From positions 10,924 through 74,923 of the forward strand of contig CADBOZ010000122.1 in NCBI GenBank assembly GCA_902796515.1: a stretch of DNA of 64,000 nucleotides, in the 5' to 3' direction. Below the pieces are notes generated by a model. That model had not been told where the DNA came from, did no database searches, and was given only the letters and a program-made list of their open reading frames with translations. This DNA is from an uncultured bacterium (GTDB lineage Bacteria; Cyanobacteriota; Vampirovibrionia; Gastranaerophilales; Gastranaerophilaceae). Both the position numbers and the translations under genes were made by a program. Shown in pieces: positions 1 through 9,566 of the stretch (positions are counted from its first letter, which is position 1; every line of letters begins with the position of its first letter).

Positions 1-1843
1 AAGCAATTTTAACAGAGTTTCTGTTTAACTCTATTCTTAAATACAAATAGTCGTCATCCGCACCGAAATATATATTTTTAATAAGCTTTGTAACGTCCGA
101 AGTCGGACTGTCGGGAATAAAAATATGCCCTGCTTTTTCCCATTCGTTTTTTGCATCTTTAATATCGCAGCATAGTGACGGTGAGATTTTTCCTGCCGGA
201 TTTTTAAGGGATTTTGTTGTTGAAATTGTAAGCGGAATTTTTAAATAATCCGGAATTTCAAGTTCTAAAATTCTGTAAACATTCATTAAATGATTTCTGA
301 ACAAGAAATCAAAAATGTCATCGTTTTTGGACTTGTTTGGCTCTCCGTACCACCAGTACCAATCACTGCTTTCCGATATTAATATTTCCTTATAGGCATT
401 TTTTATTTTTTCTTCACTGACAGTATCTTTATTATTCTTTCGATAATTTTCAAAATCGGCGCAAACGCTTGACAGATATAGCCATGCAACATTTTTAACC
501 GATTCCGATATCCATAAATCAAAATTCCTGTTTATCCAGGAACCCGAGCTTAAATTTTTAATTTTTTCGGGAGAATTTTTATCAATAAAATCACTTACCG
601 TAACTGTTTTCAAAGTTTCATCCGAGCAAATTAAGCCATATAATTCTTTTAAGAAATAATTTCCGTCGTCAGGGTATGTTTCCCAGCAATTTTCTCCGTC
701 AAGAGCAATTGTCAGAATGTGATTTTCTTTCGGCGAATTTTGTAATTTTGTTTGAATGGTTTTAATTTTTTCATATATGTCGGCTGCCGCTTGTTTCGGT
801 TCGTAGTTTCCGCAGGAAAAATTCAATAATCCCGCAAAAAAAGCATCCCTAAAAATAATATTTAACGGATTTTTTGTATCTGTAACATAATTAATATCGA
901 GTCTGAACGGGTCTTCAAGATTTCCGTCAAAATCCCTTATAAACTCTTTACCTAATGTTTTCGATAAAATTCCTTCGTCTAAAACAGTCCATTTTAAGCC
1001 TTGTTTTGCTATAAAGTCAGTCGTATCTTCGGACACACACTGTTCGGGCAGCCATAACCCTTTGGGTTTAATGCCGAAAATTTCTTCGTATTTTTCAATT
1101 GCAAGATTAATCTGTTCTTTAGCGTCTTCCATTCTTGAAAAATCATCCGGTAAATTGTTTAAATTTTTGATTTCCTTATCCTTAAAATTAATAAGTAAAG
1201 GTAAAATCGGGTGATAATAAGGACTTATCGATACTTCTATTTTGTTTTCAAGCTGATATTTTTTATATTCTTTTAAAATTCTCTTTATTATATCAAGCTG
1301 AATTTCATATATTTTGAGCCTGTCTTCAAATGTGTAATTTTTTTCTTTTTCATATAAATTTTTTAACTCCGGATAGTCCTCTATAAAGGTTTCATCTATC
1401 CATAGAAGCGTAAAATTTGCCATGATATCGGAATATTCCTGCAAATTAAAAATATCGGGAACAAATTTTGTTGCCTGTGTTCTTCTGTTATACAACTCGG
1501 AAAAATACGGTCTTTTTAGCACCATATTTTTATAGTTCAAATCAAAATAGTTATTTAAAATAAATAATTTATCGTCATTTGTAAGTTCTTCTTTATCTTT
1601 CAGAAGGAGTTTTAAGTGTAAATCTTTTGCGCCCGCAGCGTATTTTTGAAGAGAGCCCAATAAAACAGGAGAAAAATCAAAGTTGAGTTTTAAATTTTTG
1701 AATAAATCAACTTTTTTAAGCATATCAAGGTAATCCTTTGAAGCGTGAAGTCTTACCCACGGCAAAAGAAAATCTCCGTTCGGATTTGATTGGTAGTTCG
1801 GCTGATGAAAATGCCAGATAAATGCTATACTTAAATTCTTCAT
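1..1843 (-). CDS. glycoside hydrolase family 57 protein (alpha-glucan active); partial, C-terminus lies beyond the window start
   Basis: Not in the ORF track because it runs off the edge. Hand translation of the reverse strand from the ATG at about 1843 gives MKNLSIAFIWHFHQPNYQSNPNGDFLLPWVRLHASKDYLDM... Further on it gives ...GLWLPEQCVSEDT..., ...TIALDGENCWETYPDDG... and ...SESSDWYWWYGEPN... These match the conserved GH57 blocks (HQP, WxPE nucleophile region, DGEN region, SDW-WWYG). Confidence 0.8.
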   Translation of the reverse strand, partial: MKNLSIAFIWHFHQPNYQSNPNGDFLLPWVRLHASKDYLDMLKKVDLFKNLKLNFDFSPVLLGSLQKYAAGAKDLHLKLLLKDKEELTNDDKLFILNNYFDLNYKNMVLKRPYFSELYNRRTQATKFVPDIFNLQEYSDIMANFTLLWIDETFIEDYPELKNLYEKEKNYTFEDRLKIYEIQLDIIKRILKEYKKYQLENKIEVSISPYYHPILPLLINFKDKEIKNLNNLPDDFSRMEDAKEQINLAIEKYEEIFGIKPKGLWLPEQCVSEDTTDFIAKQGLKWTVLDEGILSKTLGKEFIRDFDGNLEDPFRLDINYVTDTKNPLNIIFRDAFFAGLLNFSCGNYEPKQAAADIYEKIKTIQTKLQNSPKENHILTIALDGENCWETYPDDGNYFLKELYGLICSDETLKTVTVSDFIDKNSPEKIKNLSSGSWINRNFDLWISESVKNVAWLYLSSVCADFENYRKNNKDTVSEEKIKNAYKEILISESSDWYWWYGEPNKSKNDDIFDFLFRNHLMNVYRILELEIPDYLKIPLTISTTKSLKNPAGKISPSLCCDIKDAKNEWEKAGHIFIPDSPTSDVTKLIKNIYFGADDDYLYLRIELNRNSVKIA

Positions 1844-2040
1844 ATCCGATTATAGCATGTTTTTGTATTTGAACGCTCTATGTCTTTTTTGATTTTAAAA
1901 AATCAACCTCGGGATTTATTTTTTTGTCTAAATTACATCTTTTGATTGATGAGTTTGAATATAAATTTAGACTATATTATTGATGTGGAGGTTTATAATT
2001 TAACTTCCTCGATGATGGTAAGAGGTAGGTATTCAATAAG

Positions 2041-2799
2041 ATGACACAGGGCATAGTTTCAAGCCTTAATATTACATTAGCACGCATGAGTTCAATTGAA
2101 AGCAACTTCAGTGCGTTAGAAGGAATGTCCGAAAAAATTAATTCTTCGGGCATATTGAATACCAATGCGGTTTTAAAGGGAGAAGGCGTTAGTCCGGTTC
2201 AGGATAACAGAGATTTTAAAACGATACTTGATGAAAAAATGGCAAAAGCAAACAGAATTGAAAATATTGCCGAAAATGAGCCAAAAGAAATCAATCCTGC
2301 TAAAAAGAGTTTTGAAGAAATAATTGAACAGGAAAAAGACAGACTATCTCCGCTTCAAAAGGCTGCATTAAACCTGAAGTCAAAAATTGATTTGAAATCC
2401 CAGAGTACAAATGTTGATGAAATTATACAGGTATTTGCGGATAAATATAATGTTGACAGCGATTTTATTAAAGCAATAATTCAACAGGAATCAGGATTTA
2501 ATGCTAATGCCAAGAGCAAAAAAGGTGCTATGGGTTTAATGCAGCTTATGCCCGCAACCGCAAAATCTCTCGGGGTTGTTGATGCTTTTAATCCGACGGA
2601 AAATATAGAAGGCGGAGTGAAGTATTTTAAGGGTCTTTTGGACAGATTTGATAACGATGAAAGATTGGCGCTTGCGGCATACAATGCAGGCCCTAACGCA
2701 GTTAAAAGATATGGCGGTATACCTCCGTACAAGGAAACACAAAATTATGTAAATTCAATAATGTCTGCGTATAACAAAATTAAAGGAGCTTCTTTATGA
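2041..2799 (+). CDS. SLT-domain lytic transglycosylase at the head of the flg operon (flagellar-associated peptidoglycan hydrolase candidate)
   Basis: 252 aa. SLT signature ...IIQQESGFNANAKSKKGAMGLMQLMPATAKSLGV...LALAAYNAGPNAVKRYGGIPPYKETQNYV. Its stop overlaps the flgF start (ATGA). No hydrophobic N-terminal signal peptide is visible. Confidence 0.8.
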   Translation: MTQGIVSSLNITLARMSSIESNFSALEGMSEKINSSGILNTNAVLKGEGVSPVQDNRDFKTILDEKMAKANRIENIAENEPKEINPAKKSFEEIIEQEKDRLSPLQKAALNLKSKIDLKSQSTNVDEIIQVFADKYNVDSDFIKAIIQQESGFNANAKSKKGAMGLMQLMPATAKSLGVVDAFNPTENIEGGVKYFKGLLDRFDNDERLALAAYNAGPNAVKRYGGIPPYKETQNYVNSIMSAYNKIKGASL

Positions 2800-3656
2800 T
2801 TACAAGGGGAATAAGTTCATTAGCAAAAGGTATGCAGGCAATGATTGATTTGGAAGATATTACGGCGCACAATCTTGCCAATGTTACCACATCCGGCTTT
2901 AAAAGAACAAATGTGACTTTTCAGGATATTATGCAGGGGAATGTTTTAACTAAAAATCAAAACGGAACATACAAGGATGTGGGAAGCTTGAGTATTGGGG
3001 CAAGAGCGGACAGAACTTATATAGATTTTTCTCAGGGCGGACTTCAAGAGTCCGGAAATAAGCTTGATGTTGCATTTCAGGGCGATGGCTTCTTTAAAAT
3101 AAGATTTCAGGATGTAAGAGATGATGCGCCGTATGATGAAAAAAATTATTACTATCAAAGAACGGGACATTTTGCACTTACCGATGAAAATTATTTGATA
3201 AATAAAGAGGGTGATTATGTTATGGATACGAGAAACAGACGTATCAGAATAACCCGTGACCCTGATACCGATGATATCAACGAAATGAACAGACTTGAAA
3301 TTGCAAAAGACTTAATCATAGGTGAAAACGGTCAAATAAGTCTGTGTAATGCAAATTTTACCGCCAATTTGCAAAAAATTCAAATATGCGACTTTCAGGA
3401 TAAAACAAAAATTTCAAGCATCGGGCAGGGAAAATACTTACCGATATTTGGTGAAGATGCAGGATTATATACCAAAGGTGACGGAACTTATTCTCTCCAG
3501 CAGGGAATGGTTGAAATGTCGAATGCCAACACGATAAAAGAAATGCTAAATTCAATAAACGTTTCAAGAGGATATGAAACAATGAGTACAATGCTTAAAC
3601 GTGAAAGCGACACAGTCCAGCAAGCAATCAGTTTAGGAAATATTTCAAACAGATAG
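2796..3656 (+). CDS. flgF: flagellar basal-body rod protein FlgF
   Basis: 286 aa. N-terminal rod motif DITAHNLANVTTSGFKR and C-terminal MVEMSNANTIKEMLNSINVSRGYE. Sits directly upstream of flgG. Confidence 0.8.
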   Translation: MITRGISSLAKGMQAMIDLEDITAHNLANVTTSGFKRTNVTFQDIMQGNVLTKNQNGTYKDVGSLSIGARADRTYIDFSQGGLQESGNKLDVAFQGDGFFKIRFQDVRDDAPYDEKNYYYQRTGHFALTDENYLINKEGDYVMDTRNRRIRITRDPDTDDINEMNRLEIAKDLIIGENGQISLCNANFTANLQKIQICDFQDKTKISSIGQGKYLPIFGEDAGLYTKGDGTYSLQQGMVEMSNANTIKEMLNSINVSRGYETMSTMLKRESDTVQQAISLGNISNR

Positions 3657-3671
3657 GAGATTTACCGTAAA

Positions 3672-4457
3672 ATGTTAAGAGCACTTACAACAGCAGCAAC
3701 AGGGATGATAGCTCAACAAAATAACTTGGATGTTATTTCTCATAACATTGCCAACTTATCTACATACGGATACAAGAAAGTAAGAGCGGAATTTCAGGAT
3801 TTATTAAGTCAGATATACAGAACACCCGGTGCTCAAATGGGGCAGGGTACATATCAGCCGGTTGGTATTGAAATAGGGCTCGGTGTTAAAACATCCGCCA
3901 CTACAAGAATTTTTACCGTAGGAACACTTCAATCTACGGACAGACAGCTTGATATGGCGATAGCGGGCGACGGATTTTTCCAAATTACACTTGACGACGG
4001 TTCAATTGCATATACCCGCGACGGTGCATGGCAAATGGATGCAAACGGACAAATTGTAACATCAGACGGTTATCAACTTCAACCGCCCATAACAATTCCC
4101 GTTAATGCAAAAGAAATAACCGTTTCGCAAGCAGGGATTGTGTCTTGTACAACGGGAACAAACTCGGAGCAAACACAACTGGGTCAAATTCAGCTTGTTA
4201 AATTCCAAAACCCGTCAGGACTTCTTGCCATAGGTCATAACTTATACAGAGAAACTCAAGCCTCGGGAACTCCGCTTCAGGGAACTGCCGGAGAAGAAGG
4301 CTACGGCACTATTGAACAATGTTTTATTGAAGGTTCAAATGTACAAACGGTAGAAGAATTAATAGGTCTTATTAAAACGGAACGTGCTTATGAATCAAAT
4401 TCAAAAGTAATTACCGCAGGTTCGGATATATTAAAGCAAACCAATCAGATAATCTAG
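3672..4457 (+). CDS. flgG: flagellar distal rod protein FlgG
   Basis: 261 aa. MLRALTTAATGMIAQQNNLDVISHNIANLSTYGYKK..., ...GFFQI...DGSIAYTRDG..., C-terminal GSNVQTVEELIGLIKTERAYESNSKVI. Canonical FlgG. Confidence 0.93.
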   Translation: MLRALTTAATGMIAQQNNLDVISHNIANLSTYGYKKVRAEFQDLLSQIYRTPGAQMGQGTYQPVGIEIGLGVKTSATTRIFTVGTLQSTDRQLDMAIAGDGFFQITLDDGSIAYTRDGAWQMDANGQIVTSDGYQLQPPITIPVNAKEITVSQAGIVSCTTGTNSEQTQLGQIQLVKFQNPSGLLAIGHNLYRETQASGTPLQGTAGEEGYGTIEQCFIEGSNVQTVEELIGLIKTERAYESNSKVITAGSDILKQTNQII

Positions 4458-4464
4458 GGATATA

Positions 4465-5193
4465 ATGAGTAAAAAATTTACCAAAATTTTAATATCAGGA
4501 ATTATTTTATTAAGCACAAATGCTTTTGGAGGTGCTTATGGTGCTGTGCTTGATAATGCAAAGCTTAATAAAATAATTTACGAAAAAGTTTACCTGCAAA
4601 CTCAAAATAATCTTAAAGATTATTCAAACGATTTTAAAATATCAATTACCGGCGTACCCAGAGAAAACTATTCAACAAGCGGTAATTTTATTCCGAAGGT
4701 TGAGGTTGTTTCTCAAAATAATAATTTTCAGCCGAATTCCTATAAAAGAGTATTTATTAAAGATGCGGGAAATAATGTAATAAAGGCATTTCCGATAAAT
4801 GTTCAAACGCTTGTATATAAAAATGTTCTTGTTGCAAAAAATCCTATTTCATACGGAAAGGAAATAATTTCGGCGGATGTTACGATTGAAAGAAAAGAAA
4901 TTTCAAATTGCCTTGATAATGTAGTTACCGAATATAAATCCGGACTTGTAAGCGCAAGAAATTTTCAAAAAGGCAACGTAATTAAAACAAATTATCTTAA
5001 AGAAAAAACTGCGGTAACCAAAAATTCAATTGTTGAAATAATATTTATTTCAAAAAGCCTCAGAATAACTCTTCAGGGAAAAGCATTAAAAGACGGAGCA
5101 ATAGGGGATTTAATTCCCGTTCGCTCGGATAAATATAACAAAATTTACACGGGGAAAGTAAACTCACAAAACGAAATTATCGTAAGGATATAG
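4465..5193 (+). CDS. flgA: flagellar P-ring assembly chaperone FlgA
   Basis: 242 aa with a signal peptide. C-terminal SAF/FlgA-like block LQGKALKDGAIGDLIPVRSDKYNKIYTGKV. Lies between flgG and flgH. Confidence 0.7.
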   Translation: MSKKFTKILISGIILLSTNAFGGAYGAVLDNAKLNKIIYEKVYLQTQNNLKDYSNDFKISITGVPRENYSTSGNFIPKVEVVSQNNNFQPNSYKRVFIKDAGNNVIKAFPINVQTLVYKNVLVAKNPISYGKEIISADVTIERKEISNCLDNVVTEYKSGLVSARNFQKGNVIKTNYLKEKTAVTKNSIVEIIFISKSLRITLQGKALKDGAIGDLIPVRSDKYNKIYTGKVNSQNEIIVRI

Positions 5194-5195
5194 CT

Positions 5196-5801
5196 ATGAA
5201 AAAAATTATACTGTCTTTAATATTTGTTTCGGCACTTTGTGCGAATGCGGAAAGTCTGTTTTCGCTGAATGCTTCGCAAAGCGCTTTAATCGAGCCGAGA
5301 ACAATGTATGCAACGGTAAGAGCAAGGGGTGTCGGTGATTTAGTGTCAATAGTACTGACAGAAGCACCGAGATTATCCGATGTCGGAACTTATTCCGCTT
5401 CAAAATCAAGCACTCTTGCCGAAAACTTCTCTAAGGCGATTAATACAATTTTTAAAACTAAATTAAAAGGCGCCCTGAACGGTACAAACGGCGACCTTGA
5501 TGTTGCAGGCTCCACTCAAATGGTAAGAAATATGGCGGTGTCCGATACGATTGTTGCTCAGGTTGTTCAGGTTATGCCGAACGGCAATTTGCTTGTACAG
5601 GGCAAAAAAAGTTTAGTTAATCAAAATGAAAGAGTTGACTTGATAGTATCCGGAATAGTTGACCCGAAATGGATAAATCAAGCGGGAGAAATAAACTCAA
5701 ACCATGTTGCCAACCTGCAATTTGCAATGAACGGTGTCGGAACGGTATCGAGAGGTCAAAACGAAGGTATCTTGAACAGGGCAATAAGAAGCGTATTTTA
5801 A
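5196..5801 (+). CDS. flgH: flagellar L-ring protein FlgH
   Basis: 201 aa with a signal peptide. SLFS...ARGVGDLVSIVLTE...LLVQGKKSLVNQNERVDLIVSGIVDP is typical of FlgH. Confidence 0.85.
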   Translation: MKKIILSLIFVSALCANAESLFSLNASQSALIEPRTMYATVRARGVGDLVSIVLTEAPRLSDVGTYSASKSSTLAENFSKAINTIFKTKLKGALNGTNGDLDVAGSTQMVRNMAVSDTIVAQVVQVMPNGNLLVQGKKSLVNQNERVDLIVSGIVDPKWINQAGEINSNHVANLQFAMNGVGTVSRGQNEGILNRAIRSVF

Positions 5802-5813
5802 TTAGTTAACGGG

Positions 5814-6935
5814 ATGACGATAATGAAAAAAATTATAACGGCTGTATTTTTAATATTAATGATGACGGTTTATCCTATGCTTGAAACGGCGGCTATATCC
5901 GAACAAACATTGAGAATAAAAGATATAACGCATGTAAAAGGGATAAGAGAAAATCAGGTAACAGGTTACGGGCTTGTTGTCGGACTTCAAAATACCGGTG
6001 ATAATTCACGTCATACTCAAATGACAAACCAGCAGATGCTTCAATACTTTGGTATGGTAATTGACCAGTCAAACTATATTCAAAAAGGTGCTTCTGCGGC
6101 TGTTATTGTTACTGCTACAATTCCTCCTTTTGCAAAGGAAGGAGATAAAATAGATGTCACCGTTTCAGCTATGGCGGATGCCAAAAGTTTGTCCGGCGGT
6201 GTTTTAATACAAACACAGCTAAGAGCACCAAACGGCGAAGTTGTTGCGGTAGCTCAGGGCCCTGTTACCGTTGGCGGAATAAGTGCTTCATCGGGTGGCT
6301 CAAGCTCCTCAAAGGGCGTTACAACGACAGCCAGAGTGCCTAACGGCGGAATTATCGAAAGAGATATCTTATCAAATATCGGTGACGAAACGGGTTTAAC
6401 GCTTATTCTTGATAAAGCCGATTATACTATGGCAAGCAGGATTTCAAAAACGATATCATCTTTTGTTGCTCCTGCACATGCGCTGGACGGCGGTTCGGTT
6501 CGTGTAACAATCCCTCAAAAATATCAAAACGACAGGGTGACATTCCTTTCTTTAATTGAAAACCAAATCGTAGGTGCGGTGTCCGAAAAAGCAAAAGTAG
6601 TGGTTAATGAACGGACGGGAACTATTGTTATAGGCGGAAATACAAGATTAATGCCCGCAGCTGTTGCTCATGGCGGAATAACCGTTACGATTAGAGCAGA
6701 AAATGAGATATCTCAGCCTTTGCCCTTCAGTCAGGGACAAACGGGTGTAATTCAAAATGCACAAATTGAAATAACGGAAAAACAGGGTTCTTTAATTCAA
6801 ATGGAGCCGAATTCAAGCCTGTCCGACCTTGTAAGTGCATTAAACAATATAGGGGTTAAGCCTATGGATTTAATTGCGATATTGCAGGCATTATCTACCG
6901 CAGGAAGTCTGCAAGCCGAATTGGAGGTAATTTAA
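5814..6935 (+). CDS. flgI: flagellar P-ring protein FlgI
   Basis: 373 aa with a signal peptide. RIKDITHVKGIRENQVTGYGLVVGLQNTGD..., C-terminal DLIAILQALSTAGSLQAELEVI. The true start may be the MKKII a few codons downstream. Confidence 0.93.
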   Translation: MTIMKKIITAVFLILMMTVYPMLETAAISEQTLRIKDITHVKGIRENQVTGYGLVVGLQNTGDNSRHTQMTNQQMLQYFGMVIDQSNYIQKGASAAVIVTATIPPFAKEGDKIDVTVSAMADAKSLSGGVLIQTQLRAPNGEVVAVAQGPVTVGGISASSGGSSSSKGVTTTARVPNGGIIERDILSNIGDETGLTLILDKADYTMASRISKTISSFVAPAHALDGGSVRVTIPQKYQNDRVTFLSLIENQIVGAVSEKAKVVVNERTGTIVIGGNTRLMPAAVAHGGITVTIRAENEISQPLPFSQGQTGVIQNAQIEITEKQGSLIQMEPNSSLSDLVSALNNIGVKPMDLIAILQALSTAGSLQAELEVI

Positions 6936-6936
6936 A

Positions 6937-7266
6937 ATGTATGTGGAAAATATAGGTTCCGCTTATTTGCAAAACAGCTCGGATTTATCCGAAATTGAAG
7001 CCATAAAAAGAGGAACAAAATCTCAAAAGGAACAATTAAAGAAAGTTTCAAGAGAATTTGAATCAATATTTATAGCTAAAATGTTGAACGAGATGGATAA
7101 AACCGTAGATAAAGAAGGTTCAATGTTTAAGGAATCTAAATATTTAGATAATCTGAAATCATTTATGTATAATGATATAGCAAGAAATATTGCAAACAAT
7201 CCTCAAACGAGTATCGGTATTGCAACTCAGATGTATACACAATTGGAAAAGACGGTAAAAGATTAG
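6937..7266 (+). CDS. flgJ: FlgJ rod-binding domain protein (no muramidase domain)
   Basis: 109 aa. Rod-binding motif REFESIFIAKMLNEMDKT. Sits immediately after flgI, the canonical flgJ slot. Confidence 0.7.
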   Translation: MYVENIGSAYLQNSSDLSEIEAIKRGTKSQKEQLKKVSREFESIFIAKMLNEMDKTVDKEGSMFKESKYLDNLKSFMYNDIARNIANNPQTSIGIATQMYTQLEKTVKD

Positions 7267-7267
7267 T

Positions 7268-7582
7268 ATGAATATAAGTGATAATGTCGGAAACAGCACT
7301 AATGTTTCAAATTTGATTGCTTCTTCAATTTCAAAATTAAATTTGAATTCGGTTAAAAAACCTGATTTGAGTGTAAATAAAGATAAATTTGTTGATACTC
7401 CCGCAAAAAAAGAAATTGCCGATGAAGAAAACGTGATTATTACCGAAGAAAAGCCAAAAGTAAAAATTGATGTTGATGATATACAAAAATATGCTAAAAT
7501 GGTAGGCGAGAGTGTTTCGACAGAAGATATAAACTATGGCATAATGTACGGAAGAAGCGTTATAGCTGATTACATAGCCTAA
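7268..7582 (+). CDS. hypothetical flagellar-operon protein (occupies the slot where flgM often lies)
   Basis: 104 aa, Ser/Asn-rich N-terminus. I do not see the canonical FlgM C-terminal helix motif, so the call rests on position only. Confidence 0.3.
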   Translation: MNISDNVGNSTNVSNLIASSISKLNLNSVKKPDLSVNKDKFVDTPAKKEIADEENVIITEEKPKVKIDVDDIQKYAKMVGESVSTEDINYGIMYGRSVIADYIA

Positions 7583-7594
7583 AAAGGATTTAAA

Positions 7595-7990
7595 ATGAAC
7601 TACAAGGAAGTTTTAGAAGCGTACAGCGAACTGAAAGAAAATTTAATCAGTAAACGTGAAGCTATTGTAAAAAAGAAAATGGACGAATTAAGCAAGCTTG
7701 ATGAAGCCACTATAATCTGCATAGATAAAATTAAAAAATTCAACCTTGATAACAGTCAAAACGATTTTACCGATGAAGAAAAAAATGAACTTAAAAAACT
7801 CGGTCTTGAAATCAAAAAAATTGAAGAAGATAACGAAATATTAATTAAACATTCATTGAATGTTATAAATAACATATTATCTGGTATATTAAATATAGCA
7901 CAATCTGAAAAAAATTCTTATGATGCAAAAGGTAAAGGTTGTGTAACTAACGAGAGTTTAGACATCTCTTCAATCACGGAAGAAGCTTAG
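7595..7990 (+). CDS. FlgN-like flagellar export chaperone (tentative)
   Basis: 131 aa, helical and charged. Lies directly upstream of flgK-flgL, the FlgN clients. Call rests on position and composition only. Confidence 0.4.
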   Translation: MNYKEVLEAYSELKENLISKREAIVKKKMDELSKLDEATIICIDKIKKFNLDNSQNDFTDEEKNELKKLGLEIKKIEEDNEILIKHSLNVINNILSGILNIAQSEKNSYDAKGKGCVTNESLDISSITEEA

Positions 7991-8006
7991 TAAAAGGATT
8001 TATCTC

Positions 8007-9554
8007 ATGTCACTTAATCAAAGCATGAATATTACACTCGGTTCTCTGAGAAATAACCAGTACGCGTTAACGGTTGTTGCTCAGAATATTTCCAATATTC
8101 ATACCGAGGGATATGTAAGACAAAGAATTAATTTTGAGACAAATCCTTATACAACGGATTGCGAAAATGTAATTTCCACAATTAAGGGTATGAACGGTGC
8201 AAGTGTCAGCTCTTTAACGGATTTTGCCGACGATAATTTATTTAAAGATTTAATCGGTAAAAATGCGGATGCCGAATATTATAATAATCTGGCTGACGGA
8301 TTGGGTGATTTGAGTGATATTTCCGATGATTTAGGCGAGAACGGTCTGAATGCTGTTTTGAGCGATTTTTTTGCCGCAAGTGCAAACTTGGAAAAATATC
8401 CCGCTGATATTTCCATAAGACAACAGTTTGTTATTGCGGCGGAAAATGTTGCGGACAGATTTAATCAGTTGTCAACAAGGTATTCTTCTTTTAAAGATGA
8501 CAAGCTGAATAAAATCGAGTACAATACCGAAACATTAAATAATTTATTTAACAAACTTGCTCTTGCAAATAAAAATTATCTTGATACAAACGGAAGTCCT
8601 TCCGCTGAGAGCGATATAAATAATATTTTAAAAGAGCTTTCAAATTATGCAAATGTTGATATTCAAAGAAATCAAAACGGAACGGTAGACCTGTATCTTG
8701 GCGGTAATGCCGTTGTGTCCGGTTCAAAACTTAATTATACATTGAAAGCCGACATTGACAGGACTTCTGATAATGCCGTTAATTTTAAACTGGTTTCAAC
8801 GGAAGACGGTTTTGTAATAGATAAAGGTGTAACGGAAGCTTTTACAAGCGGCGCAATGAAAGCCGATCTTGAACTTGTAAACGGTACGGGCGGACGTTTT
8901 TCAAATGTTAATGATTTAACTTCCTCTCTTAATAAAGCGGCAGAAGCATTTGCAAATGCGATGAATGATATTCAAACGTATGACGGCGGAGATGTGTTCG
9001 CTGCTTCCATTACCACCGATGCTGCGACGGGTGATTTAATTCTTGAAAAGTCAACACATAAATTGTTTGAAACAAGCGACGGCTCTTCCGCGTTTGATGC
9101 TTCAAATATTAAAATAAATGATGAAGTTTATAAAAATCCTTATCTTGTTGCAGCGGCAAGGATTGACCTTAATAAATATAAAGATGAAGAAGGAGCAATC
9201 GATCCAAACTGGGTAAAAGCAATAGGTAATTCGGATAATGCCGTTGAATTTACCGGACTTCAGAATAAAAAGATATGTACTATCGGTGATTCACCCGTTA
9301 GTAATGCAACTCTATCCGACTTTTTATTATATAATTCTTCAAAAAATGCAAAAGAAGCCGGAGATGCAGACGGGAATGCCGATACTTTTCAAACTATAGC
9401 GGACAGTGCGGCTGAAAATTATTCAAATTTAGTCGGCGTAAATCTTGACGAAGAGCTTGCAAATATGATTAAATATCAAAGGTCATATGAAGCTTCGGCA
9501 AAATTATTTTCAGTAATTGACAGTATAATGGTTACTATTATTAATATGGTGTAA
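8007..9554 (+). CDS. flgK: flagellar hook-associated protein 1, FlgK
   Basis: 515 aa. N-terminus MSLNQSMNITLGSLRNNQYALTVVAQNISNIHTEGY and C-terminus EELANMIKYQRSYEASAKLFSVIDSIM. Confidence 0.9.
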   Translation: MSLNQSMNITLGSLRNNQYALTVVAQNISNIHTEGYVRQRINFETNPYTTDCENVISTIKGMNGASVSSLTDFADDNLFKDLIGKNADAEYYNNLADGLGDLSDISDDLGENGLNAVLSDFFAASANLEKYPADISIRQQFVIAAENVADRFNQLSTRYSSFKDDKLNKIEYNTETLNNLFNKLALANKNYLDTNGSPSAESDINNILKELSNYANVDIQRNQNGTVDLYLGGNAVVSGSKLNYTLKADIDRTSDNAVNFKLVSTEDGFVIDKGVTEAFTSGAMKADLELVNGTGGRFSNVNDLTSSLNKAAEAFANAMNDIQTYDGGDVFAASITTDAATGDLILEKSTHKLFETSDGSSAFDASNIKINDEVYKNPYLVAAARIDLNKYKDEEGAIDPNWVKAIGNSDNAVEFTGLQNKKICTIGDSPVSNATLSDFLLYNSSKNAKEAGDADGNADTFQTIADSAAENYSNLVGVNLDEELANMIKYQRSYEASAKLFSVIDSIMVTIINMV

Positions 9555-9566
9555 AGAGGGTAGAAA

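Noticed and set aside
1844-2040. Sigma-28 or sigma-54 promoter upstream of the flg operon
   Set aside because: There is only a weak TAAA...GATGAG resemblance, with no CGATA core and no GG-N10-GC element that I could find. I did not call it.
1977-2165. 62-aa minus-strand ORF overlapping the start of the SLT gene
   Set aside because: It is short, overlaps the divergent promoter region and a supported CDS, and has no RBS.
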